The position numbers and the translations under genes are program-made. A stretch of DNA of 60,000 nucleotides from Callorhinchus milii. Lineage: Eukaryota. Below are positions 47,651 through 60,000 of the stretch, piece by piece. The stretch is taken from NCBI RefSeq assembly GCF_018977255.1, contig NW_024704742.1, forward strand, positions 137,890,001 to 137,950,000, in the 5' to 3' direction. Within the stretch, counting starts at the first letter, position 1; each line of letters starts with the position of its first letter. Under the pieces are notes generated by a model. That model made no database searches. It saw only the letters and a program-made list of their open reading frames with translations, and had not been told where the DNA came from.

Positions 47651-49530
47651 GTGTTGGTGAGTTTCTATGGGAATCCGCCGGGAGAGTGACAGCAGTTGGG
47701 GCTCAGACACCATTAACTATTCCGTGACCTCAATCATCTGATACACAATCCTCACATTTTCATTTGTTTTTCTCTGACAAACCCACAGCGCAGTCTGTGC
47801 TTAACCACATTTACACACAGTGCCATGTTGTGGGGCTTCCATGTCTCTCCCTCTGTCCTCCTGGAGGGAGGCCTCCTACTTACCTAATTCCGGAGAGTAT
47901 TAGGCACAGGTTGACGAGAGCCAAGGCCTGGGGGGGCCCCAGAGAGTGCGTTGGGGTAACTGTTGGGAGTCTAACCAACTAATCCCACACCGCTCGGCCA
48001 TTGAGATCACTGTCTGGCAGCTTTCCCGCTGCTTGTCCAGCGAGGACCCCCCTCCCCGTTAGTCAGGGCTTTGGCTGTGGGGGTAACGGGAGCTGAGGGG
48101 GAGGATTCCCGGCCCCCAGTGACTGGTCGGCCCTTCCAGGTCCTGCCGCTGGGCCGGGCTGCCGTCAGCAGCGCACTTGATACTTATACACATCAAAACC
48201 TCTCAAAGCGCTTCACAGGAAATCAATGTCGAGTGTAGTGACTGTTTATAGGCACAAACCACAATGGTTCACAACCATTTCGAACTCATCAAAACCCCAC
48301 AAACAGCCACGGAGTGAGTGAGCAAAATGGTGCCGTGGGATCTTTTCTGTACACCGGCACAGACGGGACGGGTTTAACGTCCCGTCTGAAAGACGGCGTC
48401 TCTGATAATGCGACGCACCTTCCTCGACAATGAGAGGAACTGTCGTGAGCTAAGAGTATGTCACTGTTTATCCTCAATATTAATTCCCCCCCTCCATCTC
48501 CCAGGGTTAATCCCTCTGGGAAACAAACTTGTTTTTCTCAGAGATGAAGAGAAAAAGGCAGAGAGCGAGAGAGAGAGAGGCAGAGAGATAAGAGTGTGTG
48601 AGGCACAGATGGAGGGACAGAAAGTTAGTGTGTGAGGGAGCGGAATGAGAGAGGTGATGTGTGTGTGGCGGAGACACGGAGTCCCAGAGGGAAACGGAGT
48701 GAGTTTGAGAGTAGAGAGTGTTAGAGAGCAAGTGGTTGGGAAACATATTTAATAATGATGATTGTATTGGATATAATAACGTATTGGATATAGTGCCTTA
48801 TTACATCGTTGAGACATCTCAAAGCACTTCACAGAATATACTGGAGAGCGACTGTGTATTTTGTGGGCGAAACGCGGCAGCCAACTTGCACACAGTTGTC
48901 CCACAGAGAGTCGTGGATTGAGTGACCACACTTTGTTTGAGGGATTATTAGTTACCCCGACCAACAGCGGGGTTCCTACTCACTGCTCGGCAAACAGAGG
49001 CGTAAGGACACTTGCCCAACATCGAACCGGGCCCCTCTTGCTTGCGAGGCCGGGGGATAAACACTACATTTGGTACCAAAACATCTCAAAGCTTCACTGT
49101 AACGTGTAGTGACTGTGTTTTGCTAGCAAACTCGGCAGCCCGCAAACATCTGCGAGGTGAGCGATTGATTTTATCTGCAGGACAACGGGCGAGAGAGAGA
49201 GAGAGAGAGAGAGAGACGGCTTTTCTTGACAAGGTGCCACTCTCTCGCCCCCGGCAGTGGGCTGGAGCACGTCAGCCCCGGTCTGTGAGCTCAGAGTCCT
49301 TGAGGTTTGGTATAGGGTCCAAGTGCTTCACAGTGATTACTGTTGAGTGAGTGACGCAGGTACGAGGTGGAGTAGGTGATTAATCTGGAGGATCTTTGGT
49401 GGGGGCCAGAGAGACGCAGCCAACCAACCAACCAGGCCGTAGGACAGACGGACCGACTGGGAAAGGATGTTCCGGCCGGACGGAGCCACAGACGGTTTGG
49501 CCAGACTTTTGCAGGAGTCATTTTTAGTTG

Positions 49531-49536
49531 TTTAAT
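49531..49536 (-). other. Candidate HMGCS1 polyadenylation signal (ATTAAA)
   Basis: ATTAAA on the minus strand in an AT-rich patch about 900 nt past the stop codon. Confidence 0.25.
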
Positions 49537-50328
49537 TCGTTTTAAATTTTTCTCCAACAAAAAAAAATTAATTCCACAATACGTTTTACGTAACTTTTAC
49601 AACAGGATATTCTCGGCTGAGGCGATCTGCTATGAAGTTTGCGCTCTCTCTCTCTCTCTCTCTCTCTCGCTCTCTCTCTCGCTCTCACACGCACTCACTC
49701 CCTCACTCACACACACACTTGTGAACGGAACAATCCGTGAGAGCAGACACGAAGGGTTAACTAGCGTTCGACGCCTCTGCAGCCTTGGAGCTGTATCATT
49801 GCGCTGGCATAAATAAGAACAGGTTATTATATATAGCTTGGGGGGGGGGGGGGGGGTGTGTGGGGGGGGAAACGGATTAAAAACTAAGGGTTGAGTTGCA
49901 CACAGAGGGGGCGACGAAGAATGGAGGCGTTGGCCCGATGGAACACAGCTCCGGGTTTCCCTCCCCGCGGTGCGGTAGGGTGGGTAACCGGGCCGGGAGG
50001 GGTTGGGGGGGGGGGGGGGTGGGGGGGGGGGGGGGAGAATTAACATGAAAAAAAACAAAAATACCGTATATATAAACCGCAGAATTAAAAATAATTACAG
50101 CTTTCCACTGCGAAACTAAACACCAGCCGTTGGGCTGTCGAGAGCCTTTCCGAGACTCGGGCTGGGGGTGGGGGCAGGGGGTTTACACACTGTCAATGAC
50201 GTTATCTGTGACCCCCCCCCCCCCGACCCCCTCACCCCCCCAACTGAGAGCCTCTCCCAGCCTGAGCAGCCGTGGGAACCTGCCTTTCAGCAGGACAGGA
50301 CCCCATGTTTCCAGTCTTCATTTCCCCC

Positions 50329-50363
<35 letters not shown>

Positions 50364-50438
50364 ATCTATCTCGCTCCCCCCACTCCCCCCCACCACTCCC
50401 CCCCCACCACTCCCCCCAGCAGTGTGCGGGTGACGGTT

Positions 50439-50522
50439 TCAATGCTCCCCGTTGCTGACGCTGGCGGTGCCCGATGCTGAGCCGGGAATCCTGGGCATCT
50501 TCTTGGCCGGGCTCGGGACGTG
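50439..50522 (-). CDS. HMGCS1: HMGCS1 terminal coding exon, absent from the ORF track
   Basis: tcacag|CAC; encodes [27 protein letters not shown]. Confidence 0.92.
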   Translation of the reverse strand, partial: HVPSPAKKMPRIPGSASGTASVSNGEH

Positions 50523-52712
50523 CTGTGAGAGGGAATAGATATCAGGGCTCAGTGCTCCAGGCTGACAACCTCCACCCCACCACCCAACAACAACAACAAC
50601 AACAACTTGCATTTACACAGCGCCAGGATAGCGCCTCACAGCGCCTGACAGTGACGGAGCCTGACACTGAGCCAGTTTTCAGACGCGACCTGAAGGTCGG
50701 GAAGGAAGGGGCAAGGAGGAGGGACAAGGGAAGGGGTTCCTGAGTCTCAGGGGGTAGTGGCTGAAAGTGCGGCCACTGATGGCGGAATCATACGCCCCCC
50801 CCCCCCCCACCCACCCCCGCCGCCCCCTGCCACTGTGCATGTGTGGTGAGGGAGGGGGTGAGAGATGAGGGTGAGGGAGGGGGTGAGGGTGAGGGAGGGG
50901 GTGAGGGATTCTGCGGGCTCACCTCATTAGCGTGCACGCCCGCCAGCCCTGCCTTGTAGCTCCCCACTTCCTCTAGGGGGCGCCGTGCGTACTCCCGCCG
51001 ATGCTTCTCGTCCACCTGTGTCAGGTACCACGTCCCAGGGAACAGGTCCTCCACAGGGCTCTGAGGTGTGTAGTTGGCTACAGAGAACAGCAGACACAGA
51101 CCAGACAGAGAGACACACAGAGAGTGTCAGAGACAGAGAGAAAGAGACCGAGAGAAAGAGACAGACAGACAAATGACATTTTTGCATCTCTTCACATTAA
51201 AACAAACATCGAAGCTTCAGGATGTAAGTGTCAGATGTAGTGACTGGTTTTGTGGACAAACTCTGAAAGAAAAACCCAGGAGCACTCATCTAAAGACTGT
51301 TCTCTCCAAGTCTAGATCATCATCACAATTATAATAATCCCTGCATTTGGTATGTGCCTTATCACTAGATGGGGGGGGGTGGGGGGAGATGTGGAGCCCT
51401 GCTCCCCACCCAGTGAGGCTCAGCGGTGACAGTGAATGGCCGAGACACAGGTCGATCACAGGCTGTGTCGGTGTCCGTTACTGTGGCTGACACAGATCAG
51501 TGTGTCAGATGCCAGTGATGGGGATTAAATGTTGAGGGAGCACAGCTCAGACAGCTTGTGTCACTGAGTACAACAGACATCCATTAGTGAGGGCTGTTAA
51601 CACAGCCACTGAGCTCCACAATCTTTCCCTCTACAGCTAGAATGTCAGTGAGGCCGACAAGGAAATACACTGCCTTCTCTCACTCTCAACAACAACAGCT
51701 TGCCCTTTACACGGGGTGGGGAGTCCGAGTGCTGAACAGCAGTGAGTTTGGCGCTGAGCTGGAAAGGGAACGGAGGTGACCAAAGCCATGGCCAAAGAGG
51801 AAAGTCTTCAGGTGTGATTTGAAGGCACATTTATGGAGTCCTGTAGCGTAGTGGTTAGAGCAGAGCAAAACGTTGTGCAAGTTTCCTTAGCCCACACGCC
51901 TCTGTTTACCAGCAGTCAGTAGGAACCCGGTCATTAGTCGATTGGCGGATCACTTTTCCCGGCTAATAATCAATACAAAAATTCTTTTAGCATGTGTAGG
52001 TGGGATGCACTGGATTCTCAGCTTGGTTTGCAGACTCTTAACCATGTTTCCCCTGTGTTGCTCACTCCTTCCTCCCACTGTGGCTGTTCCCCTGTGTTGC
52101 TCACTCTCTCTGCAGCTGTTACAGGAGAGTTGCTCACCCCACCCCCTGGGGCTCTTACCGAGGTGGTGTGTCTCCTCCCGCACTTTCATGCTGCTGGCGA
52201 AGGCCTCGGGTTGGATGCGATGCCGGGAGTCGAGGCGAGCCTGCAGGTCGGCCAGGCTGCTGACTATCTTGTCGAGTCTCGAGCCCGGAGAGGGGTCAGA
52301 GCTGACCCGCAGGGAGAACAGTGTGGCCGCAAAGCCAGAGCCGTAAGAGAAGAGCCCAATCCGCTGCCCTGACAGCTCCTGGGCTGTGCGTCTGGGAACA
52401 TAGTGAAGAGGGTCAGAGAGGGAGCAGGGGGGAGAGGGGCAGACAGACTGAGAGAAAGGAGGGGAGACAGAGAGAGAGAGAGAGAGAGAGAGGACGACAG
52501 AGGGAGAAACAGAGACAAACAGACTGAAAGAGAAAAAGAGATTGAGAAGAAAGAGATTGAGAGAGACAGATAGAGACGAAGACACAGAGTTAGAGAGAGG
52601 TTCAGAGGCAGAGAGAGAAAGAGATCGAGAGAGAGGGAGAGAGAGAGGAAAGAGACAGAGAGGAGAGCGCGAGAGTAAGATAGAGAGGAAAGAGTGACAG
52701 TCAGAGAGAGAC

Positions 52713-52745
<33 letters not shown>

Positions 52746-55294
52746 TGTACTCACTGGGCGAGCACGGCAGACAGACAGCCGTACACGGAGGGGGTGTACA
52801 TGTTGCCGTTCTGGTTGGAGAGGGTGAGGGAGGGTTTGGTTTTCTGGTGGAACAGCTCGGAGCTGGCTTTCAGGAAGGCTTTCTCCACGTCTTTGTCAAA
52901 GTAACTTTCCTCCAGCTTCACCTCCCTTTTGTGGGCAGAGCACAGCGTTCATCAACTCACACTCACACGCTGAGCCTGTCAGCAACTCACACTCACACAC
53001 TGAGCCTGTCATCCACTCACACTCTGAGCCTGTCATCAACTCACACTCACACACTGAGCCTGTCAGCAACTCACACTCACACACTGAGCCTGTCATCAAC
53101 TCACACTCACACACTGAGCCTGTCAGCAACTCACACTCACACACTGAGCCTGTCAGCAACTCACACTCACACACTGAGCCTGTCATCAACTCACACTCAC
53201 ACACTGAGCCTGTCATCAACTCACACTCACACACTGAGCCTGTCAGCAACTCACACACTGAGCCTGTCAGCAACTCACACTCACACACTGAGCCTGTCAT
53301 CAACTCACACTCACACACTGAGCCTGTCAGCAACTCACACTCACACACTGAGCCTGTCAGCAACTCACACTCACACACTGAGCCTGTCATCAACTCACAC
53401 TCACACACTGAGCCTGTCAGCAACTCACACTCACACACTGAGCCTGTCAGCAACTCACACTCACACACTGAGCCTGTCAGCAACTCACACTCACACACTG
53501 AGCCTGTCAGCAACTCACACTCACACACTGAGCCTGTCAGCGACTCACACTCACACACTGAGCCTGTCAGCAACTCACACTCACACACTGAGCCTGTCAG
53601 CGACTCACACTCACACACTGAGCCTGTCAGCGACTCACACTCACACACTGACCCTGTCATCCACTCACACTCACACACTGAGCCTGTCAGCGACTCACAC
53701 TCACACACTGAGCCTGTCAGCAACTCACACACTGAGCCTGTCATCAACTCACACTCACACACTGAGCCTGTCAGCAACTCACACTCACACACTGAGCCTG
53801 TCAGCGACTCACACTCACACACTGAGCCTGTCAGCGACTCACACTCACACACTGAGCCTGTCATCAACTCACACTCACACAGCAGGTCAGCAACACAGTG
53901 TTACAGATCAAAGTCAATGTAACAGAGGCCGAGGTGGCGGCTAATCTACTACCAATCCACGACTGTTTGTGGGAACCTGTTGTGCGCAATTGGCTGCCGC
54001 GTTTTGCCCACAAAATACACAGTCACTACACTTTACAGTGTATCATCTGAAGCGCTTTGAGACATCTCAACAGCCTGATAAGGTGGTGTGTCAAATGCAA
54101 GGATTATTATTATTATTAATCTGCGCCAGCGATGTCCTGCTCTGCTACAAGGTTTTAGCTGGTTAGACTCCAGCAGTTACCCCAACACACACTTGGGGTC
54201 CTCAAGCCTTGGCTCTTGCCAACCTGTGCCTAACACTCTCTGGAATTAGGTAAATCAGGGTGCGTCCCTCCAGGGAGAGAGAGAGAGAGGGTGGGGGGGG
54301 GGGGGGCAGAGAGAGAGAGAGATATTGCAGGTTCCACCCCTGTGTGGAAACTGACCTGAAGGTCTCAAGGCCAGAGTACAGGCCGCTCTGGGTGTTGGGG
54401 TTGGGGTCACTGAGGAAGTCGTTGAGCAGGAGCCTGGCCAGGGATTTCTGTACCAGTTTGCAGTACGGTGTGTGGAACACAACATAGGCAAAGTCCTGCA
54501 GGGTGATCCTCGTGTCACTGCCCTCTGGAAAAGAGAACAACAAGTCAGTCATTACACAGCCCGGCCCCGGCCTGGCCACTCACTGGTTAACTCCACCAGG
54601 TCACATCGTTAAATCCCACTCCCTCCCTCCCCCCCTAATCCCTTTACCCCCGCAGTATCTATCCAACTCCCTCTGGAACTCCAGCCTGCAGTCCCTTACT
54701 TATAATAACTTAGGAAAAGGAGCAGGTCATTCAGTCCCTCAAGCCTGTTCCGCTCCCTTACAGCCTGCCTCAGCCAGACCCCCACCTGCCCCACTGGCTC
54801 GGGAGCTCTTCGAGACGCCAACCGGACATGAGAGATGCTGTAGAAGTGTTAACTGTACAGGGTGAGCGTGCGAGGGCGAGAGTGGGCGTGCGAGGGGTCT
54901 GACAGGCGTGCGAGCAGGGTGACCGTGTCAGCGATGGGCGTGCGAGGCACAGCCGACTGACCTTTCTGTCTCAGCGCCTGCTCCTTGTTGCGGTACCGTG
55001 TGTAGCAGTGATCGAGGGCGCTCAGATAGCACTCGATGGACAGCTTCCCGTCCACCACAGGGTACTCAGACACCATGTCTGGCTTGTAGAAATCATAGGC
55101 ATGTTGCATGTGGGTCCCACGCAGACCTGAGGGACAGAGAGAGAGAGAGAGTCGCACAGTCACATCTCACTGAGAGAGACAGAGAGAGTCACCCCGTCAC
55201 CTCACTGAGAGAGAGAGAGATAAACTGTGTGAGAGAGAGATTGTGAGAAAGAGACCTGAAGAGACAGACAGAGAAAACTACAGACAGAGAAGAC

Positions 55295-55374
<80 letters not shown>

Positions 55375-58300
55375 CAGACAGACAGACGAGATCATGTCAT
55401 AATCTTGTTTGATATTGCCCTCTACCAGTGAGTAGCCCTGAACCAACCAGCACTCTCCCCCCCCCACCCTCACCACTATCCCCACCCAACCCCTGTCCCC
55501 CCCATCCTCAGAGCTATCCCTCACTCCCCCCTCTCCCTCTCTCCCCCCACCCCCTCTCCCCCCATCCTCAGAGCTATCCCTCACTCCCCTCCCTCTCTCT
55601 CCCCCCACCCTCTCTCCCCCCCCACCCTCTCTCTTCCCCCCACCCCCTCTCCCCCCATCCTCAGAGCTATCCCTCACTCCCCCCTCCCTCTCTCTGCCCC
55701 CACCCTCTCTCCCCCCCACCCTCTCTCTTCCCCCCACCCCTCTCTCCCCCCATCCTCAGAGCTATCCCTCACTCCCCCCTCCCTCTCTCTCCCCCCACCC
55801 TCTCTCTCCCCCCACCCTCTCTCCCCCCCACCCTATCTCTCCCCCCACCCTCTCTCTTCCCCCACCCCCTCTCCCCCCATCCTCAGAGCAATCCCTCACT
55901 CCCCCTCCCTCTCTCCCCCCACCCTCTCTCTCCCCCCCACCCCTCTCTCTCCCCCCACCCTCTCTCTCCTCCCCCCACCCTCTCTCTTCCCCCCCATCCC
56001 TCTCTCCCCCCATCCTCAGAGCTATCTCCTCACTCCCCCCTCCCTCACTCCCCCCTCCCTCACTCCCCCCCCTCTCTCTCTCTCCCCCCACCCTCTCTCC
56101 CCCCACACCCTCTCTATCCGACACCAGGAGGGCTAAATGGCTCTCCTACACCAGGTACCTCCGGCATAATCCCCTGTGAAGCCCTGAGAGCTGATCAGTC
56201 GCCATCAAATTCTCTTTCAGCAACTTGGGGGCAAAATAACTGCAGCAGCGGTACCACACACCACCAGCAGGAGGCGGTACACACACACACACACGCACAC
56301 AGCACTGCTGCACACACCACTTACACACACACACACACAGACACACCACTCACACACACACACACAGACATACACAGTCATACACCACTCACACACACAC
56401 CACTCACACACACACACAGCACTGCTGCACACCACTCACACACACAGACATACACACACAGTCATACACCACTCACACACATACACCACTCACACACACA
56501 CACCACCACACACACACAGACATACACACAGTCATACACCACTCACACACACACACATACTCACACACACACACACCACTCACACACACCACACACCACT
56601 CACACACACACCACTCACACACGCACCGACATACACCACTCACACACACAGACATACACCACTCACACACACACCACTCACAACCACACACACACAACCA
56701 CTCACAGACACACAAACACACACCACTCACACAGACACACACACTGAGGCACACACACACTCCAGTCACACAGAGACACACACACACACAACTCACTCAG
56801 ACAAGTCACACACACAGTCCCACAGAGATACACACACACACACACATTTTGCAGTTACACAGCAGCCTTCAAGTAGGATAACGCATCAGAGTGCTTGATG
56901 AAAACACGATGGGACACATAATACACACTCCACACACCTCCCTCCCCCCACACTTCCCCTTTGGCCGCTGAGCCATGTCATCCCCATGTACCTCTCTCGA
57001 GGGATAAGGGGGCATTGGGCCCCACCAGCATGGCCACGGCCCCTGCTCCCCCCGTGGGCGGGCACTCCCGGAGGCATAAACAGCAATATCACCAGCGACA
57101 ACCAGCGCGTAACGACCTGGACAAGAGAGAGAGATAGGGAGAGTGTCAGGAATACAAACAACAACAAATTAAATTTACACCGCGCTTTCACGTCGGGAGG
57201 ATGTCCTGAGGCGCTGGACAGTCAGGGATTTGTACCCGAACTGGGGGTTGGGATCGGTGAGGATGGAGGACAGGGAGGGTGGGGGTAGGAGGGTGACTGA
57301 AGGCGCTGTTGAAGAGGAAGATCTTGAGACATGCCTTGAAGGAGGGGAGGGAGGACGTGAGGCGGAGCAACTGTGGGATGGAGTTCCAGAGGGTGGGGGT
57401 AGAGAGGCTGAAGGCCCGACCGCTGGTGGGGGTTAGGGCGGATGTGGAGCACCAATAAGGCATCGATCATCATCACCAACCAATGGAGTTTGGGCTAAAA
57501 CCTGGTGAAGTTTCTCTCACTGAGTGATGAGAACATGGACCACTCAAAGGAGCAGGAGAAGGCCATTCAGCTCTAACAGCCTGATCTGCCATTCTATTAG
57601 ACCATGGCTGATCTCTACGTCAACTCCAATTACCTGCCTTTGCCCCCTATCCCTTGATCCCCTGACTTAATAAACATCTCTCCACCTCAGTCTGGACAAT
57701 GTGAAAGGATCCAGTCATAATCCACAGCCTTTTGGGAGAGAGAGAAACAAAGGGAGAGTTCCAGATTCCTACTGGCCTTTGGGTGAAAAACTGTCTCCTG
57801 ATTTCATTCCTAAATGGCTTGGATCTAACTTTAAGATGATTCCCACCTTGTTCTGGATTCCCACCAGAGGAAATAGTTTCTCTGTATTATTTTCTAGCAG
57901 AAATCTAATTTGTTCTTGAAACAAACAAAGCTTTCTGTTTCCACCGTCTCCCGAGGGAACCTGTTCCACAAGTTTGGTACTCGCTCCCTGAAGCAGATTT
58001 ACCGCCCTTTCAATCTCAGGCCGTGTTGTCTGGTTCTACTGTTCAGTACCAGATACAACAGCTTATCATTTCCCATCAGAATCTTAAATTAATCTCCTGC
58101 ACCGAGGCGAGCAAGCTCTCACCGTCCCCCACCCCGCGGGAGGCAAGCGAACTGTCACTGTACCACCCCCCCAACCCCCCTCCCCCTCGAGTGAGCTCTC
58201 ACCATCCCAGGAGCTGGACTCCACCCAGTTGACGGCATTGAAGAGGGCTGCGGTGCCCCCATAGCAGGCGTTGGTGGTATCGATGCCCTCCACGTCAGAG

Positions 58301-58650
58301 TTGCCCGACTCCTGGAAGAGCTGCATGAGCACGGTCTTGACAGCCTTGGACTTGTCGATAATGGTCTCTGTGCCCACCTCCAGCCGCCCCACGCTCTCAT
58401 AGGGGATCTGGTTTCTCTCCAGCAGTCGCTCCACCACCGTCAGGCACAGAGAGTTGATGTCCTCCCGGTCAGAGCAGAAGCCCATCTTGGACTGGCCCAG
58501 GCCGATGGTGTACTTGCCCGCGTCTACCCCATCGTACTGCTCCAACTCCGTCTGGTCCACGTACTGAGCCGGGAAGTAGATCTCCATCGCAATGATCCCA
58601 ACATCCTTAGGCCAGCCCGACTGGGCACAGGGGGGGACTGAGCCAGGCAT
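50439..58650 (-). CDS. HMGCS1: Cytosolic hydroxymethylglutaryl-CoA synthase (~516 aa). Coding exons 58203-58650, 56992-57116, 54962-55126, 54356-54524, 52755-52925, 52159-52391, 50923-51077, 50439-50522; one apparent -1 frameshift
   Basis: Starts [17 protein letters not shown] with no mitochondrial leader. Catalytic motifs GTET (Glu), NACYGG (Cys) and FHTPY (His), plus NGNMYT and FSYGSG. HMGCS1-type tail HVPSPAKK...NGEH*. All introns GT-AG. Confidence 0.95.
50923..51077 (-). CDS. HMGCS1: HMGCS1 coding exon
   Basis: tgtag|CC...GAG|gtgagc; encodes [32 protein letters not shown]...VHANE. Confidence 0.94.
52159..52391 (-). CDS. HMGCS1: HMGCS1 coding exon (233 nt)
   Basis: cccag|A...G|gtaaga; encodes [29 protein letters not shown]...PGSRLDKIV...[10 protein letters not shown]. 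Confidence 0.94.
52755..52925 (-). CDS. HMGCS1: HMGCS1 coding exon
   Basis: aaaag|G...CA|gtgagt; encodes [21 protein letters not shown]...[20 protein letters not shown]. Confidence 0.93.
52950..53880. repeat. 30-bp minisatellite, about 31 copies, in an HMGCS1 intron
   Basis: Unit CTGAGCCTGTCAGCAACTCACACTCACACA. Confidence 0.95.
54356..54524 (-). CDS. HMGCS1: HMGCS1 coding exon
   Basis: ttccag|AG...AG|gtcagt; encodes [31 protein letters not shown]...YSGLETF. Confidence 0.95.
54962..55126 (-). CDS. HMGCS1: HMGCS1 coding exon
   Basis: ctcag|GT...G|gtcagt; encodes [41 protein letters not shown]...RQK. Confidence 0.95.
55455..56850. repeat. CT-rich tract (55455-56115) and CA-rich tract (56280-56850) in an HMGCS1 intron
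   Basis: Low-complexity repeats around a short unique island. Confidence 0.9.
56992..57116 (-). CDS. HMGCS1: HMGCS1 coding exon, 125 nt (1 nt short of in-frame)
   Basis: ccag|[22 protein letters not shown], then a frame switch to [21 protein letters not shown]; donor G|gtacat. Confidence 0.9.
57530..58080 (-). mobile_element. Old CR1-clade LINE 3' remnant; short related pieces near 20400-20580 (+), 31730-31990, 37985-38060 and 54710-54750
   Basis: Plus-strand GGAGCAGGAGAAGGCCATTCAG...CCATGGCTGATCT is the reverse complement of a shark-type CR1 tail (recall). The 20400 copy encodes RTRGH..FRTDTRKCFFTQRVIN. Confidence 0.65.
58203..58650 (-). CDS. HMGCS1: HMGCS1 first coding exon (448 nt; exon starts 10 nt upstream at 58660)
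   Basis: ctcacag|cttctccaacATG...G|gtgaga; encodes MPGS...[23 protein letters not shown]. Confidence 0.95.
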
Positions 58651-60000
58651 GTTGGAGAAGCTGTGAGAGAGAGAGACACACAGAGGTGAAGGGAGAGCAG
58701 AGGTTACAACAACAACAACTTGGTTTACACAGTGCCCTTCACTCTCGGAAAGCTTAACAGTAGCGGAGTACGAAATCGAGCCGGGGGGAGGGGGGAGGTG
58801 ACTGTAAGAGCAGTCGAAAATGAAGATCTTCAGGAGCGATCTGAAGATGGGGAAGGAGGGGGCAAGGTGAAGGGACTGAGCAAGAGAGTTCCAGAGTTTC
58901 GGGGCGTATTGGCTGAAGGCACGGCCACCGATGGTGGAGTGGAGGGGAGGAGGGACACGCAGGAGGCCGGAGCCAGTCGAGCTGAGGCAGCGGGCAGTGG
59001 GTTGGGGAGTAAGCAGGTCAGAGAGGTTGGGCGGTGCCAGGGCATGAAGGGATTTGTAGACAATTAATGGGGACTTTGAGTTCACAATCCACAACTAAAT
59101 CGGGGGTCGGGCCTTCAGCCTCTCTACCCCCACCCTTTGGAACTCCATCCCACAGTGCCTTTGCCTCGCTCCCTCCCTCCCCTCCTTCAAGGCATGTCTC
59201 AAGACCCTCCTCTTCGACCGCGCCATCGGTCACCCTGCTAGACCACACCCTCCCGGCCCTCCACCCCTCCTGCAGCCGATTTGCACACATCCAACGTCCC
59301 ACAAACAGCCAATGTCATGATAGGGTAAGGATTATAAGTAGTATATAAGCTCCAAAATCTTCGGGCAAAGAGGTAAGGTTTCAGATGAGATTTAAAGACA
59401 GACGGAGCTGAGATATAAAACCACTTGGCAGCAGTAATGCTTGGAGACATTGATGTCAGAATATTAATAACAATCCTTGCATTTGTTACAGTGCCTGAAT
59501 GTCCTGAGATGATTCACAGGAAATTGCTGCCTTGTGACTGAGTTTGTGAGTACCTTCACTGAGCTAACCGCTCCGAGACCCTGTCCTGCGTGAAGGGCAA
59601 ATACAATACAAATGACACTTGTATAGCACCTTTCATTATATAAATATATGAATGCACTGGGCAAAACCTAGGACCTGCTGTAACAGGGACTATCTCCACA
59701 GAGGCTCCTACACGGTGCCTCAGTGATCAGGGGAGCAATCATCATCTTATGCCACCCTTACTCCCCTCACTCCCCAGCTGAGGCTGGAGAGGTATGACAT
59801 ACAATGTCTCTGATGAAGCTCTTTAATCAAGTTCAGACTCACAGATACAGACTGTAAACACACGCGCATACAGAGAGACAAAAACACAGAGGAAAACACA
59901 CAGAGAGACAGAGAAAGAGACACACGGAGAGAGGGAGACGACGGGGAGAGAGAGAGAGACAGACAGACACACACACACACACACACAGAAGGCGACTGAA

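Noticed and set aside
44953..47713. Pro/His/Thr-rich ORFs of 329-470 aa
   Set aside because: Satellite translations, some crossing an N gap.
52694..53944. 416-aa and 323-aa repetitive ORFs
   Set aside because: Products of a 30-bp intronic minisatellite; one overlaps an HMGCS1 exon on the antisense strand.
50439..58650. HMGCS2 identity or processed pseudogene
   Set aside because: No mitochondrial targeting peptide, an HMGCS1-type C-terminal tail, and seven intact introns.
1..60000. Hammerhead ribozyme or snoRNA candidates
   Set aside because: The isolated CTGATGA/TGATGA matches I noticed (e.g. ~11508, ~57525, ~59810) lack partner motifs and stems. A covariance-model search would be needed to exclude them formally.

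Overview
Repeat-rich vertebrate genomic DNA. The Deu-domain SINEs, L2-clade LINEs and shark-type CR1 tails suggest a cartilaginous fish, possibly a chimaera (inference). Three minus-strand, head-to-tail genes were reconstructed by hand from splice sites and reading frames. (1) TMEM8B: 12 in-phase coding exons at 981-18899, one GC-AG intron, first signal-peptide exon not found. (2) NIM1K: two coding exons (40051-40741, 38097-38365), with a ~16-unit Cys/Gly/Glu/Lys repeat inserted in the N-terminus and no detectable terminal exon for the catalytic loop and C-lobe. (3) Cytosolic HMGCS1: 8 coding exons at 50439-58650, with an apparent 1-nt frameshift and an intron absent relative to the human gene structure as recalled. 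The main anomaly is that NIM1K's last exon and TMEM8B's first exon both seem missing from the same 19-kb interval. This is either an assembly drop-out or a real deletion with a phase-compatible NIM1K-TMEM8B read-through. There is no prokaryotic-type system, CRISPR array or bona fide RNA gene. Most long ORFs in the track are low-complexity or transposon artefacts. Repeat boundaries are approximate.
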